A stretch of 64,000 nt of DNA from a bacterium (GTDB taxonomy: Bacteria > Patescibacteriota > Saccharimonadia > Saccharimonadales > JAUPVS01). The notes beneath the pieces were generated by a model. That model was not told where the DNA came from. It made no database searches and saw only the letters and a program-made list of their open reading frames with translations. A program made the position numbers and the translations under genes. The stretch is from positions 20,953-84,952 of the forward strand of contig JAKOXV010000003.1 of assembly GCA_029780855.1 (NCBI GenBank). Direction: 5' to 3'. Positions 40,401 through 50,304 of the stretch are shown here, in pieces (within the stretch, counting starts at the first letter, position 1; the number at the start of each line of letters is the position of its first letter).

Positions 40401-40910
40401 TTACTTTTTTCGTTTAGCTACTGGTTTCTTTTTAGGAACTGCAAACCCCGTTACGGCAACCAAGCCAACTACCACGCCAGCTGCGAGCAGTACGTATGAT
40501 ACATACAGTGCAATCATACCTATCAACCCCCAGCCCCATGCGTTCAGCAAGATTCCCCGTAAGGTTTCTCCCATAAATAGTGTTTGGCGTTGACCGGCAA
40601 GCGCCTGATTGGTCTTGTCCTTCTGGTAGGCGCTGCTCACTTCCGCATACGTCTTGCCTCCGGCGACTTTCTGAAGATGTTCTTTGATGTAGTCATCGGC
40701 GTACGCCTTGGCTTTTTCGCCGCTGTCTACCTGTTGTCCAGCATACATTTGCAGCGATGGCGGTAATCCATCGGCCTGACTAGCGGGGAAGTATATCTTC
40801 TGCTCTGCCAGCTGGTCGTGGACCATAGACGTCGCGTACGATCCTCCGTAGTACACTAAGCCGCCTGCCACCAGTAAGGCTACGGCTACTACGTACAGTA
40901 ATTTTTTCAT
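40401..40910 (-). CDS. Two-TM membrane protein of unknown function
   Basis: 'QLAEQKIYFP', 'AYADDYIKEHL', 'GGKTYAE', 'TLFMGETLRGILL'. Confidence 0.8.
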   Translation of the reverse strand: MKKLLYVVAVALLVAGGLVYYGGSYATSMVHDQLAEQKIYFPASQADGLPPSLQMYAGQQVDSGEKAKAYADDYIKEHLQKVAGGKTYAEVSSAYQKDKTNQALAGQRQTLFMGETLRGILLNAWGWGLIGMIALYVSYVLLAAGVVVGLVAVTGFAVPKKKPVAKRKK

Positions 40911-40966
40911 TTTTTTGTGCCCTTTTGTTTTATCAATTACACCAGTTATTGTACTACAGCCCGTTT

Positions 40967-41416
40967 TTAACTATCAAGCCGGTGGGAAAAGAACTGCATC
41001 CAAGCCTCAAAGTTACGTTGAAAGGATGATTTGCGTAACTGCTTCTTTTGCACCGTTTGGGGATGTGATTCTAAATTGGTAGTATGCGCCATGGCAACTG
41101 TCTTGGGCACCAACAGCAAGGTTTCTCCGGGGGCTGCCTTTCCAAATTGCTTACGAGCGGCCAACTCTAAATATTCATTGGTATTGTAGTATTCGTTGGA
41201 AAGTTTGAGGTTGTTGTTTTCCAGTTGTCGCACATCGTTTTCTTGCTGCAATCTTGCTATCTGCTTCTGCAGTTCGTAGTTCGTCTGAATAGCGGCGATG
41301 CCGTTCCAGCTCACTAACAGGGCGAGAATACCAAACACCACTAGTCCAAGCACCCGGACATCGCGTAGCTGTCGGATGTAAGGATTTTTTAGTAGTTTTT
41401 GTATTTCATCGAACAT
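40967..41416 (-). CDS. Septum formation initiator (FtsB/DivIC-like)
   Basis: TM helix plus coiled coil, 'EYLELAARKQFGKAAPGE'. Confidence 0.85.
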   Translation of the reverse strand: MFDEIQKLLKNPYIRQLRDVRVLGLVVFGILALLVSWNGIAAIQTNYELQKQIARLQQENDVRQLENNNLKLSNEYYNTNEYLELAARKQFGKAAPGETLLLVPKTVAMAHTTNLESHPQTVQKKQLRKSSFQRNFEAWMQFFSHRLDS

Positions 41417-41488
41417 TTGTACCGCCTATTATACAATCAACCCCTAAAATCTGATATACTTCACTCTGTTAATCAACAGACCGATTGA

Positions 41489-41564
41489 GGGGGTGTAGCT
41501 CATCGGTTAGAGCAGGCGGCTCATAACCGCTTGGTAGTTGGTTCGATTCCAACCACCCCCACCA
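41489..41564 (+). tRNA. tRNA with CAU anticodon, probable tRNA-Ile2 (lysidine)
   Basis: GGTTAGAGCAGGCGGCTCATAACCGCTTGGT resembles E. coli ileX; C29-G41 pair; encoded CCA. Confidence 0.85.
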
Positions 41565-41602
41565 GCAGTATGGAAGCCACTCTAGAAGAGTGGTTTTTAT
41601 AA

Positions 41603-41971
41603 TTACGCCGTGTTTCGACGGCTTGGCATGCCTAGCAACCACACGATTGCCCACGTTATGAGGGCATACACTACGATTGCAATCAACGTTTCGTACTCAA
41701 ACCGCGAGACACCAAAACGTTCCTGGTAGTTAAACATACCAAAAAACGGAGCCGCAAACGGCCGGCTGGCGGTGTAAATAAAATCCACAAATCCGTTATT
41801 CTGGTTAGCGCCTAGAAGCATTAGCACAAATCGTATTCCTAGGAGAGCCACGATAAGCCCGCCGATGAATGAAACTACGCCCGCTACAAAGTTGGTTGAG
41901 GCACTGCCCCGAGAAGTCTCTGGTACTTCGCGTTCCACCACGGTTCTGGTTTCTTGCACTTTTTCTGCCAT
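41603..41971 (-). CDS. YggT family membrane protein
   Basis: 'LLGIRFVLMLLGAN..NGFVDFIY..SRPFAAPF'; GGAGG RBS. Confidence 0.8.
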   Translation of the reverse strand: MAEKVQETRTVVEREVPETSRGSASTNFVAGVVSFIGGLIVALLGIRFVLMLLGANQNNGFVDFIYTASRPFAAPFFGMFNYQERFGVSRFEYETLIAIVVYALITWAIVWLLGMPSRRNTA

Positions 41972-42047
41972 ATATCCTCCTCTGGTTACTAGTACAGCTT
42001 ACCTAAGGCGAGTTTAGTGCTCCGTTAGTTATCTTACAGTACCCTTT

Positions 42048-42614
42048 TTAACCCCTGGCAGATTTTAGAGTCTGGGTCCACCACAGTAAGTTTTCGAGTA
42101 GTTTTGGCACGTCTGAACCCCGTCGGTTAGCCTCGTTTAGTGAACCGTCTTCATTCACAAGGGCCCAAGCATCAATAAATTTAATCGCTGTGGCCGGCTG
42201 GGGCACCATATGGAGCTGTGCCGTAACATTCACAAGCTGCTCAATTGCGGCTGATGCACCCAGTGAACCATAGCCAACAAATGCCACGGGCTTTCTAGCC
42301 CACTCGGCATAGGCGGTATCTAATGCATTTTTAAGCGGTGCGCTATAGCCATGGTTATATTCAGGTGTTACCAGTACAAAACCGTCATATTGCGCCAGTA
42401 ATGTTCCCCACTTTTTTGTGTGTTCATGCTGATAATCACCCTGTGATGGCAATTTTGGTTCATCTAGATAGGGTAGATTTACCTCTTTCAAATCTATGAT
42501 TTCGAACGTCGTACCTGGCGTATCTTTTACTTGATTCATGAACCACTGGGCTACTTTGTCTCCCAGGCGGGTAGGGCGGTTGCTGCCAATAATTACACCA
42601 ATTTTTAATGCCAT
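42048..42614 (-). CDS. NADPH-dependent FMN reductase family protein
   Basis: IIGSNRPTR, VTPEYNHG, LKNALD. Confidence 0.92.
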   Translation of the reverse strand: MALKIGVIIGSNRPTRLGDKVAQWFMNQVKDTPGTTFEIIDLKEVNLPYLDEPKLPSQGDYQHEHTKKWGTLLAQYDGFVLVTPEYNHGYSAPLKNALDTAYAEWARKPVAFVGYGSLGASAAIEQLVNVTAQLHMVPQPATAIKFIDAWALVNEDGSLNEANRRGSDVPKLLENLLWWTQTLKSARG

Positions 42615-42668
42615 TCTGTACTCCCCTTTATTTTTATTATTCACTATATAAAGTATAGTTACTAACTT

Positions 42669-42682
42669 TACTTTGTAAAGTA
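42669..42682. promoter_or_regulatory. Palindrome, candidate operator for the HxlR-type regulator
   Basis: TACTTT-GT-AAAGTA between the divergent reductase and regulator genes. Confidence 0.5.
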
Positions 42683-42706
42683 TATTTTTCAGCTATACTG
42701 TTGTAC

Positions 42707-43027
42707 ATGGTTAGAAAGTTAGAAAAACGCAGTGGATGCATCCAACATACCCTGGCCATTCTTGGCGATAAGTGGACGGCGCTGATTGTGCGTGATTTGT
42801 CAGAAGCACCTTTGCGTTTTTGTGACCTAGAAAGCTCACTGGAGGGAATAAGCCCACGGACGCTGAGCCAACGACTTGATAAACTTGAATTGGAGGGAGT
42901 CATTGTAAAACGCTTGTACTGCGAGCACCCGCCGCGCAGCCGCTACCATTTGACTCGCAAAGGTTCAGAGCTCCAGGAAATCCTAATTAAGATGGCCGAC
43001 TGGGGCGCCCGTCACTCTTCATCATAA
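42707..43027 (+). CDS. HxlR/DUF24 family winged-helix regulator
   Basis: 'CIQHTLAILGDKWTALI', 'GISPRTLSQRL', 'PPRSRYHLT'. Confidence 0.92.
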   Translation: MVRKLEKRSGCIQHTLAILGDKWTALIVRDLSEAPLRFCDLESSLEGISPRTLSQRLDKLELEGVIVKRLYCEHPPRSRYHLTRKGSELQEILIKMADWGARHSSS

Positions 43028-44131
43028 AGCTTCAGTAAGTCCGCTTTTTGGAAATTCTTCCAGGTTCCCTATTAACGTGTTGAGTTCGGTTCGCCACGGC
43101 ACTCCATTCAATAATTCTTGTGGCGTATCATATTCAGCAACGATATATGTAAAGCTTCCATTTGAAGCAGTTTCGGATATTTTGCCCCTATAGATTCCTA
43201 AGTCTAGAATGTGAACTGCTTTCAGTTTTCCTTGGTTTTCAATTACCGAAAGACTAAAACCATCCGGAGTATGTACTGTTTCACAGTAATCAACACCAGT
43301 GTTAGAAACAGGAACGTAGGGACTACCATCTGCATTGGCGCGACAATTCTGCTCAGAATAACGGGCAAACTTATAATTATTTTTAGCTTCGTACTGAGTA
43401 ACGTAAAGTGGATCCCTTTGGTTGGGGAAGGTAATAACATAGGAAACTTTAGCGCTCTTTATGTCTTCGTCATAAGAGACTTTAGGAGAGGTATATTTTT
43501 GCCCTGTAGACTTTTTTGGCACAAAGACGCTAAACTCTACTAGTTCTCTAGGATTTTTAACCAGTTCCTTTTGAACCTGTTTTCCCAGCTCCACGCTACG
43601 GGGAATCTGGACAGTGGGCGAATTACGCATAGTAAAGAGTTTTATTCCGAGAATAATCGTAATACATATCCACACCCCGGCAAATAACCAGGAAATACTT
43701 TTATCAGTAATTATTGATATGAAATAAGCTGCCATGAACGAAATCAAAATTGCTGCCTCGACCGGTATCAATACTTTGTAGTTCAGGGCAGTTGTTACAA
43801 CAAAAACTTGGGGTAGCAAATATAACAATCCGACCCCAACAGCTGTTGCTGATATAACGGAGGTGATTCCTAGCTGAAACCTATTTTCGAAGTTATATTT
43901 TTTGAGCAATTTTAGCATCAGTACTATAGCCGGAATGGGCAGTAACGGCGCACACGCTACAAGTAAGCCTAGTACCCCTACTAGACCAAAAGGCATACCC
44001 ATTAGGACCAGGATTAGCAATCCAACAGCATAGAATACTGGCAGTATAAGCGAAAGTAATAGAAGTCGAGTTAGAGAGCCTGTAGGGGGCTGGTGAGTAA
44101 CAAAATCATTCTGTGTATATACTTCATTCAT
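43022..44131 (-). CDS. Multi-TM hypothetical protein with soluble C-terminal domain
   Basis: About five TM helices then ~200 aa of soluble sequence; AT-rich. Confidence 0.75.
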   Translation of the reverse strand: MNEVYTQNDFVTHQPPTGSLTRLLLLSLILPVFYAVGLLILVLMGMPFGLVGVLGLLVACAPLLPIPAIVLMLKLLKKYNFENRFQLGITSVISATAVGVGLLYLLPQVFVVTTALNYKVLIPVEAAILISFMAAYFISIITDKSISWLFAGVWICITIILGIKLFTMRNSPTVQIPRSVELGKQVQKELVKNPRELVEFSVFVPKKSTGQKYTSPKVSYDEDIKSAKVSYVITFPNQRDPLYVTQYEAKNNYKFARYSEQNCRANADGSPYVPVSNTGVDYCETVHTPDGFSLSVIENQGKLKAVHILDLGIYRGKISETASNGSFTYIVAEYDTPQELLNGVPWRTELNTLIGNLEEFPKSGLTEAL

Positions 44132-44172
44132 TGGTCATTGGGACGGAGTTATTATGAACCTATCTTACCATA

Positions 44173-45129
44173 TCAAGCTGCATTCCTATGTGTGAGTAGG
44201 CTGAGAAGTTCATGAGTACTTTTGGCGTTCATAAGATTTTCGCGCAGCTCTTTGGCGCCATCAAATCCATTTACGTAAATCTTGCAAAATTTGTTGAGCG
44301 TATGGAGTTTTCGTTCTCCGTTTGGCCATGTTTTAGCAAACAGTTCTACCTGTTTGGTATACAGGGATATTTTTTGGTCCGGGGCAAGGGTTTGCCAGGG
44401 ACTCTCTGGCGCAAATACAAACGGATCATCAAATACGCCACGACCGATCATAATACCGTCAAGTTTGTATGTTTCAGCCAGTTCCTTACCCTGTTTTCGG
44501 CTTTTTACGTCGCCGTTCCCAACTATACGTGTCGCAGGGGAGAGGGAATCGCGCATTTTCCGAATTTCTCCAATCAGCTCCCAGTTTGCCGGAACTTTAG
44601 ACATTTGTTTTTGAGTTCTGCCATGAATACTTAACATGTTAAGTTTAAATGATAGCAAGTACTCAGGCCATGTCATATCAACCTCTTTAAGACCTAGACG
44701 AGTTTTCACCGATAGGGGAAAGTCGTCCCCTGCCGCTTCCCTGCTGGCACTCATAATCTCCCCTGTTAGACCCCTGTTAGCAATCAATGCGCTGCAGCAC
44801 CCATTTTTTACGATGGTTTTATCGGGGCAGCCCATATTAATATCTACCCCGTCAAACCCCATTTTTTTAATATCTAGGATAGTTTTGTAATAATTTTCCG
44901 GGTTTTTGCCCCATATTTGTGCAATTATGGGTCGTTCTTTTTGACTAAACTGAAGTTTAGGGAGTAGCCTCTGACGGCCGGGACTCCGCAACCCATCAAC
45001 ATTCACAAATTCTGTGAAATATACATCCGGCGGAGCCGTATCCGCAATAATCTGCCGAAAGACCGTATCGGTTACATCGTCCATCGGGGCCAACACAAAG
45101 AATGGTTTTGGTAGTCTAGTGAGATCCAT
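44173..45129 (-). CDS. dus: tRNA-dihydrouridine synthase
   Basis: LAPMDDVTD, DINMGCP, SVKTRLG, IHGRT, GNGDV, MIGRG. Confidence 0.95.
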   Translation of the reverse strand: MDLTRLPKPFFVLAPMDDVTDTVFRQIIADTAPPDVYFTEFVNVDGLRSPGRQRLLPKLQFSQKERPIIAQIWGKNPENYYKTILDIKKMGFDGVDINMGCPDKTIVKNGCCSALIANRGLTGEIMSASREAAGDDFPLSVKTRLGLKEVDMTWPEYLLSFKLNMLSIHGRTQKQMSKVPANWELIGEIRKMRDSLSPATRIVGNGDVKSRKQGKELAETYKLDGIMIGRGVFDDPFVFAPESPWQTLAPDQKISLYTKQVELFAKTWPNGERKLHTLNKFCKIYVNGFDGAKELRENLMNAKSTHELLSLLTHRNAA

Positions 45130-45138
45130 ATCGTATCT

Positions 45139-45864
45139 TTATGAGTCTAAAGTTCTTTCTATTTCTAGTAAAGCGCTCAGGTTTTGCTCCATAGCACGCT
45201 CTGTAGCTGGCAGACGATCTCCATATTGCGCATGCATGGCGGCAAAACGTGAGCCCCAGAAGCGCTGCCGTTTTTCTTGCTCATACTGCACCGCCCCCAG
45301 AAGTGTTCCGTGCTCAAGTAATAGTGTCGGGCTTTCCTGGATCTGGTTCCCCAAATTAATCAGCGCCGTCCCCAATTGCTCATTACTACCAAGGCGCTTC
45401 GCTACTCCCACTTCTCCGCGCAAACACCAGCCTAAGTCCTCAACGGCATCAGCCGTATAGACCTGCGCATCTGGCTCAGGAAGTTCGCCTTCACCGATGC
45501 TGGCTAGTGTCTTTGCAACATATCCATGCCGAAGCTGAGCTACCGAACGATACACCCACGTAACAAGCTGGGTGTTATCAACGATATGCCATTTGGCACG
45601 GTTGCGCCGGTCGAGCATATCCCTGACCTCTGTCGCACCACTAGCCCGCTGGTTTTTAAAAGCCCGGGCAACACCACCCTCAACGTAACGCCGTGCACCC
45701 TTTGGCGTAGGCCAGAAATCATAGCTATTAGTCAATGGATCACGCACCGGATCAGTCGTTAGACGAATAACAGAAGCAATCCCTGAAAGCTGATCAGGCG
45801 TCAATTCTGGGGCTAAAGCCAATTGTACTGCTTCTATCTCACGTTTCTTGCCGCGTATTGCCAT
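45139..45864 (-). CDS. Hypothetical protein
   Basis: Start moved to ATG 45864 (MAIRGKK) to avoid overlap with the upstream ORF. Confidence 0.65.
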   Translation of the reverse strand: MAIRGKKREIEAVQLALAPELTPDQLSGIASVIRLTTDPVRDPLTNSYDFWPTPKGARRYVEGGVARAFKNQRASGATEVRDMLDRRNRAKWHIVDNTQLVTWVYRSVAQLRHGYVAKTLASIGEGELPEPDAQVYTADAVEDLGWCLRGEVGVAKRLGSNEQLGTALINLGNQIQESPTLLLEHGTLLGAVQYEQEKRQRFWGSRFAAMHAQYGDRLPATERAMEQNLSALLEIERTLDS

Positions 45865-45889
45865 CGGCTGACCTACTTTCCAGTGGCAC

Positions 45890-46189
45890 TTATGCTTCTC
45901 TGCCACGATTACGGATAGCGCTTCGAGCAGCAGCAAGCCCAACTCTTCCTGCGAGACGCGCAGTGTTGCGAATCCGCCAAGATTCTGGAGCTTCATGGCG
46001 ACTCTGTGGCTCTGGCGTAACATCTGAAAGTGACGTATCTACAGACCGTCGCTCAAACTCGGGATCCTCTGCCATATCACGGCGGTTGTTAGCCCTATCA
46101 GCAGCGGTAACATCAAAGTTAGAACCAGGGGGTACAACATCCCCTTCTTCGTTTACTTGCCAGTTTGGTTGGTCTTCGATGTGTATCAT
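45890..46189 (-). CDS. Hypothetical protein, acidic N-half and basic C-terminus
   Basis: TATAAT 6 nt upstream of the ATG. Confidence 0.65.
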   Translation of the reverse strand: MIHIEDQPNWQVNEEGDVVPPGSNFDVTAADRANNRRDMAEDPEFERRSVDTSLSDVTPEPQSRHEAPESWRIRNTARLAGRVGLAAARSAIRNRGREA

Positions 46190-46220
46190 ATTTCAATTAT
46201 ATCACGTTTATGCTAAAAAA

Positions 46221-46445
46221 TCAATCCTCGGGTTTAGGTCGTAACCTGACGACATTACTACCGTCAGGCGAAACTGGTGGTTCAGGTGGTTGCACCGGAG
46301 TTTCTTCTTTTTGGCTTGAGCTTGGTTTTACCCTGCTACTTGGATGTCTCGCAACAGCCTCATTGAGCAATTCTTCACTTGCAGCCCCTTCTGGCGGTAC
46401 TGCGTCAGGTTCTTCAGCTGGCGGATATGATTCGTGATTACCCAT
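46221..46445 (-). CDS. Small Pro/Glu-rich hypothetical protein
   Basis: TATAGT 7 nt upstream of ATG 46445 (MGNHESY). Confidence 0.5.
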   Translation of the reverse strand: MGNHESYPPAEEPDAVPPEGAASEELLNEAVARHPSSRVKPSSSQKEETPVQPPEPPVSPDGSNVVRLRPKPED

Positions 46446-46490
46446 GCCTGCAACTATAGATGCTGTGGGCAATTTCTTCTGTATGAAATA

Positions 46491-47609
46491 TTACTCCCAG
46501 CGGAATACTCGAAAGGCAATAATATAGATGATAATCATCCAGCCAAACATCAATCCTAGCTGCGGACCAAGATCCACTAGGTGTTTACCTTCCGTTGCAA
46601 TCAGTCGGATACCGTCAATCACAGGAGTGAGTGGCAAAAAGTTGGATACGTTTTGGAGCCAGGTTGGCATTACAAAACGCGGGAAAAACGTACCTGAAAG
46701 AAACAGCATGGGGAAGACAACAATGTTACTGAGCGGCGCTGCCTGACGCTCGTTTTTAGCCCAGCCACCAATTGCTAAACCGATACCTAGAATCAAAACA
46801 ATTCCAAGGACAATGAATATGGCCAGTTCTATCCAATTGCCAACCACATTCAGGTTAAATACCGTGATAGCCACCAAAAACATCACCGCGATAGAAAGCA
46901 GACCCACCACCGCTTGCGAGTACACATTTGCCAGGAAGTACTGCCAGACGCGTAACGGAGTAGTGTGCAACCGGCGCAGTATTCCCTGTTTTTTAAGCTC
47001 TGGGAAAACGTTTACCGGTCCAAATATCCCCATACCAATGATACTGAAGCCCAGTAGACCCGCAAAAACGTAGTCGAACTGGCTGAGGGACTTATTATTG
47101 GTCTGTTCACCACTTACGCTAAACGGCGTTTCGATTTTTACGAACTTAGCATTTATCTGATTGAACTGCTCTTGCAACACCGAAGTTAACGTCTGTCCTG
47201 CTTGTTGATTGTTCTGGGTGTAGATAACCTTGGCTTCACCAGAGGGATAGCTATGTGAGTCGGTCGTCTGACCGAACGAATCTGGCAAGACTATAGTGGC
47301 ATCAAGCTGCCCACGATTCATCTGTTCGTTAGCTTTGTCGACACTGGTTGCTGATTCAGATACTTTAAATACCTTTTCGTCTCTGATTTGCTGCTCTAAT
47401 TGCTTGGCAAACGCCGTGTCTGATTGATTAATGAGGGCGATACGGAAAGAAACATCGTTATCTTTGCCAAAAATACCGCCAAACACAAACAGAAAAATAA
47501 GCGGAAACAGGAATATAAAGAAGATGGCCATTTTATCGCGGAAAGCGCGCTTAATGGCGATTTTTCCGAATACCTGTACTGGCATCATGGCTTTTTTAAT
47601 TGCATTCAT
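46491..47609 (-). CDS. ABC-2 type exporter permease
   Basis: N-terminal TM helix, extracellular loop, 'GILRRLHTTPL', 'PMLFLSGTFFP'. Confidence 0.92.
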   Translation of the reverse strand: MNAIKKAMMPVQVFGKIAIKRAFRDKMAIFFIFLFPLIFLFVFGGIFGKDNDVSFRIALINQSDTAFAKQLEQQIRDEKVFKVSESATSVDKANEQMNRGQLDATIVLPDSFGQTTDSHSYPSGEAKVIYTQNNQQAGQTLTSVLQEQFNQINAKFVKIETPFSVSGEQTNNKSLSQFDYVFAGLLGFSIIGMGIFGPVNVFPELKKQGILRRLHTTPLRVWQYFLANVYSQAVVGLLSIAVMFLVAITVFNLNVVGNWIELAIFIVLGIVLILGIGLAIGGWAKNERQAAPLSNIVVFPMLFLSGTFFPRFVMPTWLQNVSNFLPLTPVIDGIRLIATEGKHLVDLGPQLGLMFGWMIIIYIIAFRVFRWE

Positions 47610-47612
47610 ACA

Positions 47613-48380
47613 TTAATCCCTTAGTTCCTTTCCGGTAAGGTCAATAAAGACGTCTTCCAAATTTGCCTGTTCTACATGTTGTTTCTTCTTGAAACCACGC
47701 TTTAGGAGCTGCTGAATGAGATTCTTGGGGCTGTCTAGTGCAATAATCTGACCGTTATCCATTATCGCAACACGATCACACAGTAGCTCTGCTTCTTCCA
47801 TATAGTGAGTCGTCAGTATCACCGTGACACCTTTACTACGAATATCTTCTACCAACTCCCATAGGTTACGGCGCGCCTGGGGATCCAAACCGGTGGTTGG
47901 CTCGTCCATAAAGAATACCTTTGGTTTATGAACTAGAGAGGCAACAATACTAAAGCGTTGCTTTTGACCTCCCGATAGACTTTCGACATACGAACCAGCC
48001 TTTTCTCCCAGATTAACTTCGTCTAGAAGCCCTTTGGCATTAACCCGCTGGCCATACGCCGACGCTAGCTGCTCTAGCTGTTCGGTTAGTTTGACCTTAT
48101 CCATAAAAGCTGGTGATTGCGGCTGTACCCCTATAATTTCCTTGATTTGCTGGGGATGCTTGCGCACATCAATTCCTGAAATCGTTGCGTTGCCGCTATC
48201 GATTTCACGGATTGATTCAATCATCTCCAATGTAGTTGTTTTACCGGCACCGTTCGGACCTAAGATTCCAAATATTTCGCCTTTTTTAACCGAAAAACTA
48301 ATGCCTTTCACTACTGTTTTATTGTCGTAGGCTTTAGTAAGGCCATCGACGACTAAGATATTGTCATTCTTTTTTACCAT
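47613..48380 (-). CDS. ABC transporter ATP-binding protein
   Basis: GPNGAGKTT, LSGGQ, MDEPTTGLD, TTHYMEEA. Confidence 0.96.
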   Translation of the reverse strand: MVKKNDNILVVDGLTKAYDNKTVVKGISFSVKKGEIFGILGPNGAGKTTTLEMIESIREIDSGNATISGIDVRKHPQQIKEIIGVQPQSPAFMDKVKLTEQLEQLASAYGQRVNAKGLLDEVNLGEKAGSYVESLSGGQKQRFSIVASLVHKPKVFFMDEPTTGLDPQARRNLWELVEDIRSKGVTVILTTHYMEEAELLCDRVAIMDNGQIIALDSPKNLIQQLLKRGFKKKQHVEQANLEDVFIDLTGKELRD

Positions 48381-48436
48381 AGTCTTAAGTATAGCAAATC
48401 CTTAACACGTTAACTTACATTTTTTGCATGAAGAAG

Positions 48437-48459
48437 AAGCACCCCTGATGGGGGTGCTT
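48437..48459 (-). terminator. Intrinsic terminator
   Basis: AAGCACCCC-TGATG-GGGGTGCTT. Confidence 0.7.
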
Positions 48460-48485
48460 GCTGCGTGTTTTTGGCTTTTTAAATA

Positions 48486-48680
48486 CTAGCCTTTTTTAAC
48501 AGTCAAGAAACCGTTACGTGGGTTTTCATTGACACTGTAACCTGCAGGAAGGTCACAACCCTCTGGTCGCTCGTCCTTGCTGAAGTAATAGATGGTCTGC
48601 AATTTTCCACCGCGAAGTGTGACGTCTTTGCAGTTTAGGTAGTAAGTCACCCCCTTAGAGTTTGTGTGCTTGTATGCCAT
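48486..48680 (-). CDS. Small basic protein of unknown function
   Basis: 64 aa; AGAGGG RBS, TTGACA at 48749-48754 and its own terminator. Confidence 0.8.
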   Translation of the reverse strand: MAYKHTNSKGVTYYLNCKDVTLRGGKLQTIYYFSKDERPEGCDLPAGYSVNENPRNGFLTVKKG

Positions 48681-48896
48681 AATGACAACTTTCCCTCTCT
48701 CTTATGAGTTAGTAATGTACCCCTAACATATACTGGGGCATTTCACCTTGTCAATGGTTTTTATCAAGATTTCCAGATACGACCCCTGTTCTTTTCCCAG
48801 TATATTCAGAGCAACTGTTTAATCAACTATTGCATAACAATCTGCTTATGCATTACACTACTGTTTGTAGTAATTAATAACAAAGGTGGAAACACA

Positions 48897-49559
48897 ATGG
48901 ATTTCATGCAGCGGGGCGATCGCCCTTCTCAACCAGCTGCCCAGGCACCAAACCGAGGCACTGCGGCAAACGGTTCATCAACACACAACGACAAAAAATC
49001 AAAATTGCGTGGATCACGCTGGGTAAAGTTTGGCTTTGTAGCGATTCTGTTCTCAGTAGCTATCCTCATTATTGCGGTATCCGTGCTATTTGTAGTTAAC
49101 GACCGTAACAAAAATGAAAGTGGTTACGTAGATACCGGCAAGATGCAAGCTGTCTTCTTGAACGGTGGACAGGTCTACTTCGGTAAAATCACCACTCTCA
49201 ACAGCAAGTACCTACGAGTAGCTGACATCTACTACCTACGGGTAAACCAGACTGTTCAGCCAAACCAAAGTAACACGAACGCTGCACAAGATGTATCCCT
49301 CGTAAAGCTAGGTTGTGAATTACACGGTCCAACAGACGAAATGCTCATCAATCGTGACCAAGTTGTATTCTGGGAAAATCTAAAGAGTGACGGACAAGTT
49401 GCTAAAGCGGTCGCTGAGTATCGCAAGCAGAATCCGAACGGTCAGAAGTGTGACACCCAAAGCTCTTCTAACAACGGTGCTTCAAACACCAATGGTACTA
49501 CCAGTAACGGTAGCTCAAACAGCAGCTCGACAAACAGCACAACAACGAGCGGCCAATAG
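48897..49559 (+). CDS. Single-TM protein of a type common in CPR bacteria
   Basis: 'QAVFLNGGQVYFGKI', 'LVKLGCELHGPTD.M.INRDQV.FWENL'. Confidence 0.82.
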   Translation: MDFMQRGDRPSQPAAQAPNRGTAANGSSTHNDKKSKLRGSRWVKFGFVAILFSVAILIIAVSVLFVVNDRNKNESGYVDTGKMQAVFLNGGQVYFGKITTLNSKYLRVADIYYLRVNQTVQPNQSNTNAAQDVSLVKLGCELHGPTDEMLINRDQVVFWENLKSDGQVAKAVAEYRKQNPNGQKCDTQSSSNNGASNTNGTTSNGSSNSSSTNSTTTSGQ

Positions 49560-49579
49560 TTTAGCCCACTTACGTGGAG

Positions 49580-49610
49580 AAATACCCCTCGGGTTGAGCG
49601 AGGGGTATTT
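49580..49610. terminator. Bidirectional intrinsic terminator
   Basis: AAATACCCCTCG...CGAGGGGTATTT. Confidence 0.8.
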
Positions 49611-49623
49611 TAATTGCTTGGTT

Positions 49624-50235
49624 TTAATCACGTAATTCGTAGCGTAGCCAGAGGTCAGAACCGAGCCGAACAAGAAACAGTAGTCCGAATATCCCTGCGA
49701 TAACCAAACTCCATCCCGCTACATCCGGTGACCAAAGAGGCGAAACAAAATCGAACTTGAACAGTGCATCCGGGATAGGCTGTACCTCTCCAGCTCCATG
49801 AGCTGCAACATAATCCTGAATGCAGGGAATCCGGAAGCGTCCAGAAAACCCATCTGGCACGTTGGCTTCGCAGTAGGCTTGTGCATCGGTATAGACTTGT
49901 GAGGAGTCCGTCCCGGTCTGCTGTTTTTGGGCTTCTACGAGCCTTTCGTATTCATACTTTAGCTGTATAGGCGGCTTAATGGAGTTATTGCCACTGGAGA
50001 GGTCCGTATTCATGTGAGCGTACACGTACTCCCGTAGGTTTCGGAGGGCTCCTTCTACATCACCATTTTCCTTGTCGGCTGCATAGACGGCATCACGTAG
50101 CCGTATCATGTGGAGATTGTTTTCACGGAGACTCCACACGCAAATACCACTAAAAATGAGCGCCACAACCAAAAAGGACCAGGGGCTAATTGGTTTGAGT
50201 TTTCGCCAGAAGTGATGTAAGCGACCTTTATCCAT
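49624..50235 (-). CDS. Two-TM hypothetical protein
   Basis: TM helix, extracellular domain with two Cys, 'FVSPLWSPDVAGW', TM helix. Confidence 0.8.
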   Translation of the reverse strand: MDKGRLHHFWRKLKPISPWSFLVVALIFSGICVWSLRENNLHMIRLRDAVYAADKENGDVEGALRNLREYVYAHMNTDLSSGNNSIKPPIQLKYEYERLVEAQKQQTGTDSSQVYTDAQAYCEANVPDGFSGRFRIPCIQDYVAAHGAGEVQPIPDALFKFDFVSPLWSPDVAGWSLVIAGIFGLLFLVRLGSDLWLRYELRD

Positions 50236-50304
50236 ATTTTTCATTATATTTGTTTTTGCTTATGCCTGGGTATTAGTGTAGCAAAACTTTGCTATTCTAT
50301 AGGT

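Noticed and set aside
41469..41654. 61-aa minus-strand ORF
   Set aside because: Antisense to the tRNA at 41489-41564.
45139..46189. Possible programmed frameshift joining two overlapping ORFs
   Set aside because: The overlap disappears if the downstream gene starts at ATG 45864, and no slippery site is evident.
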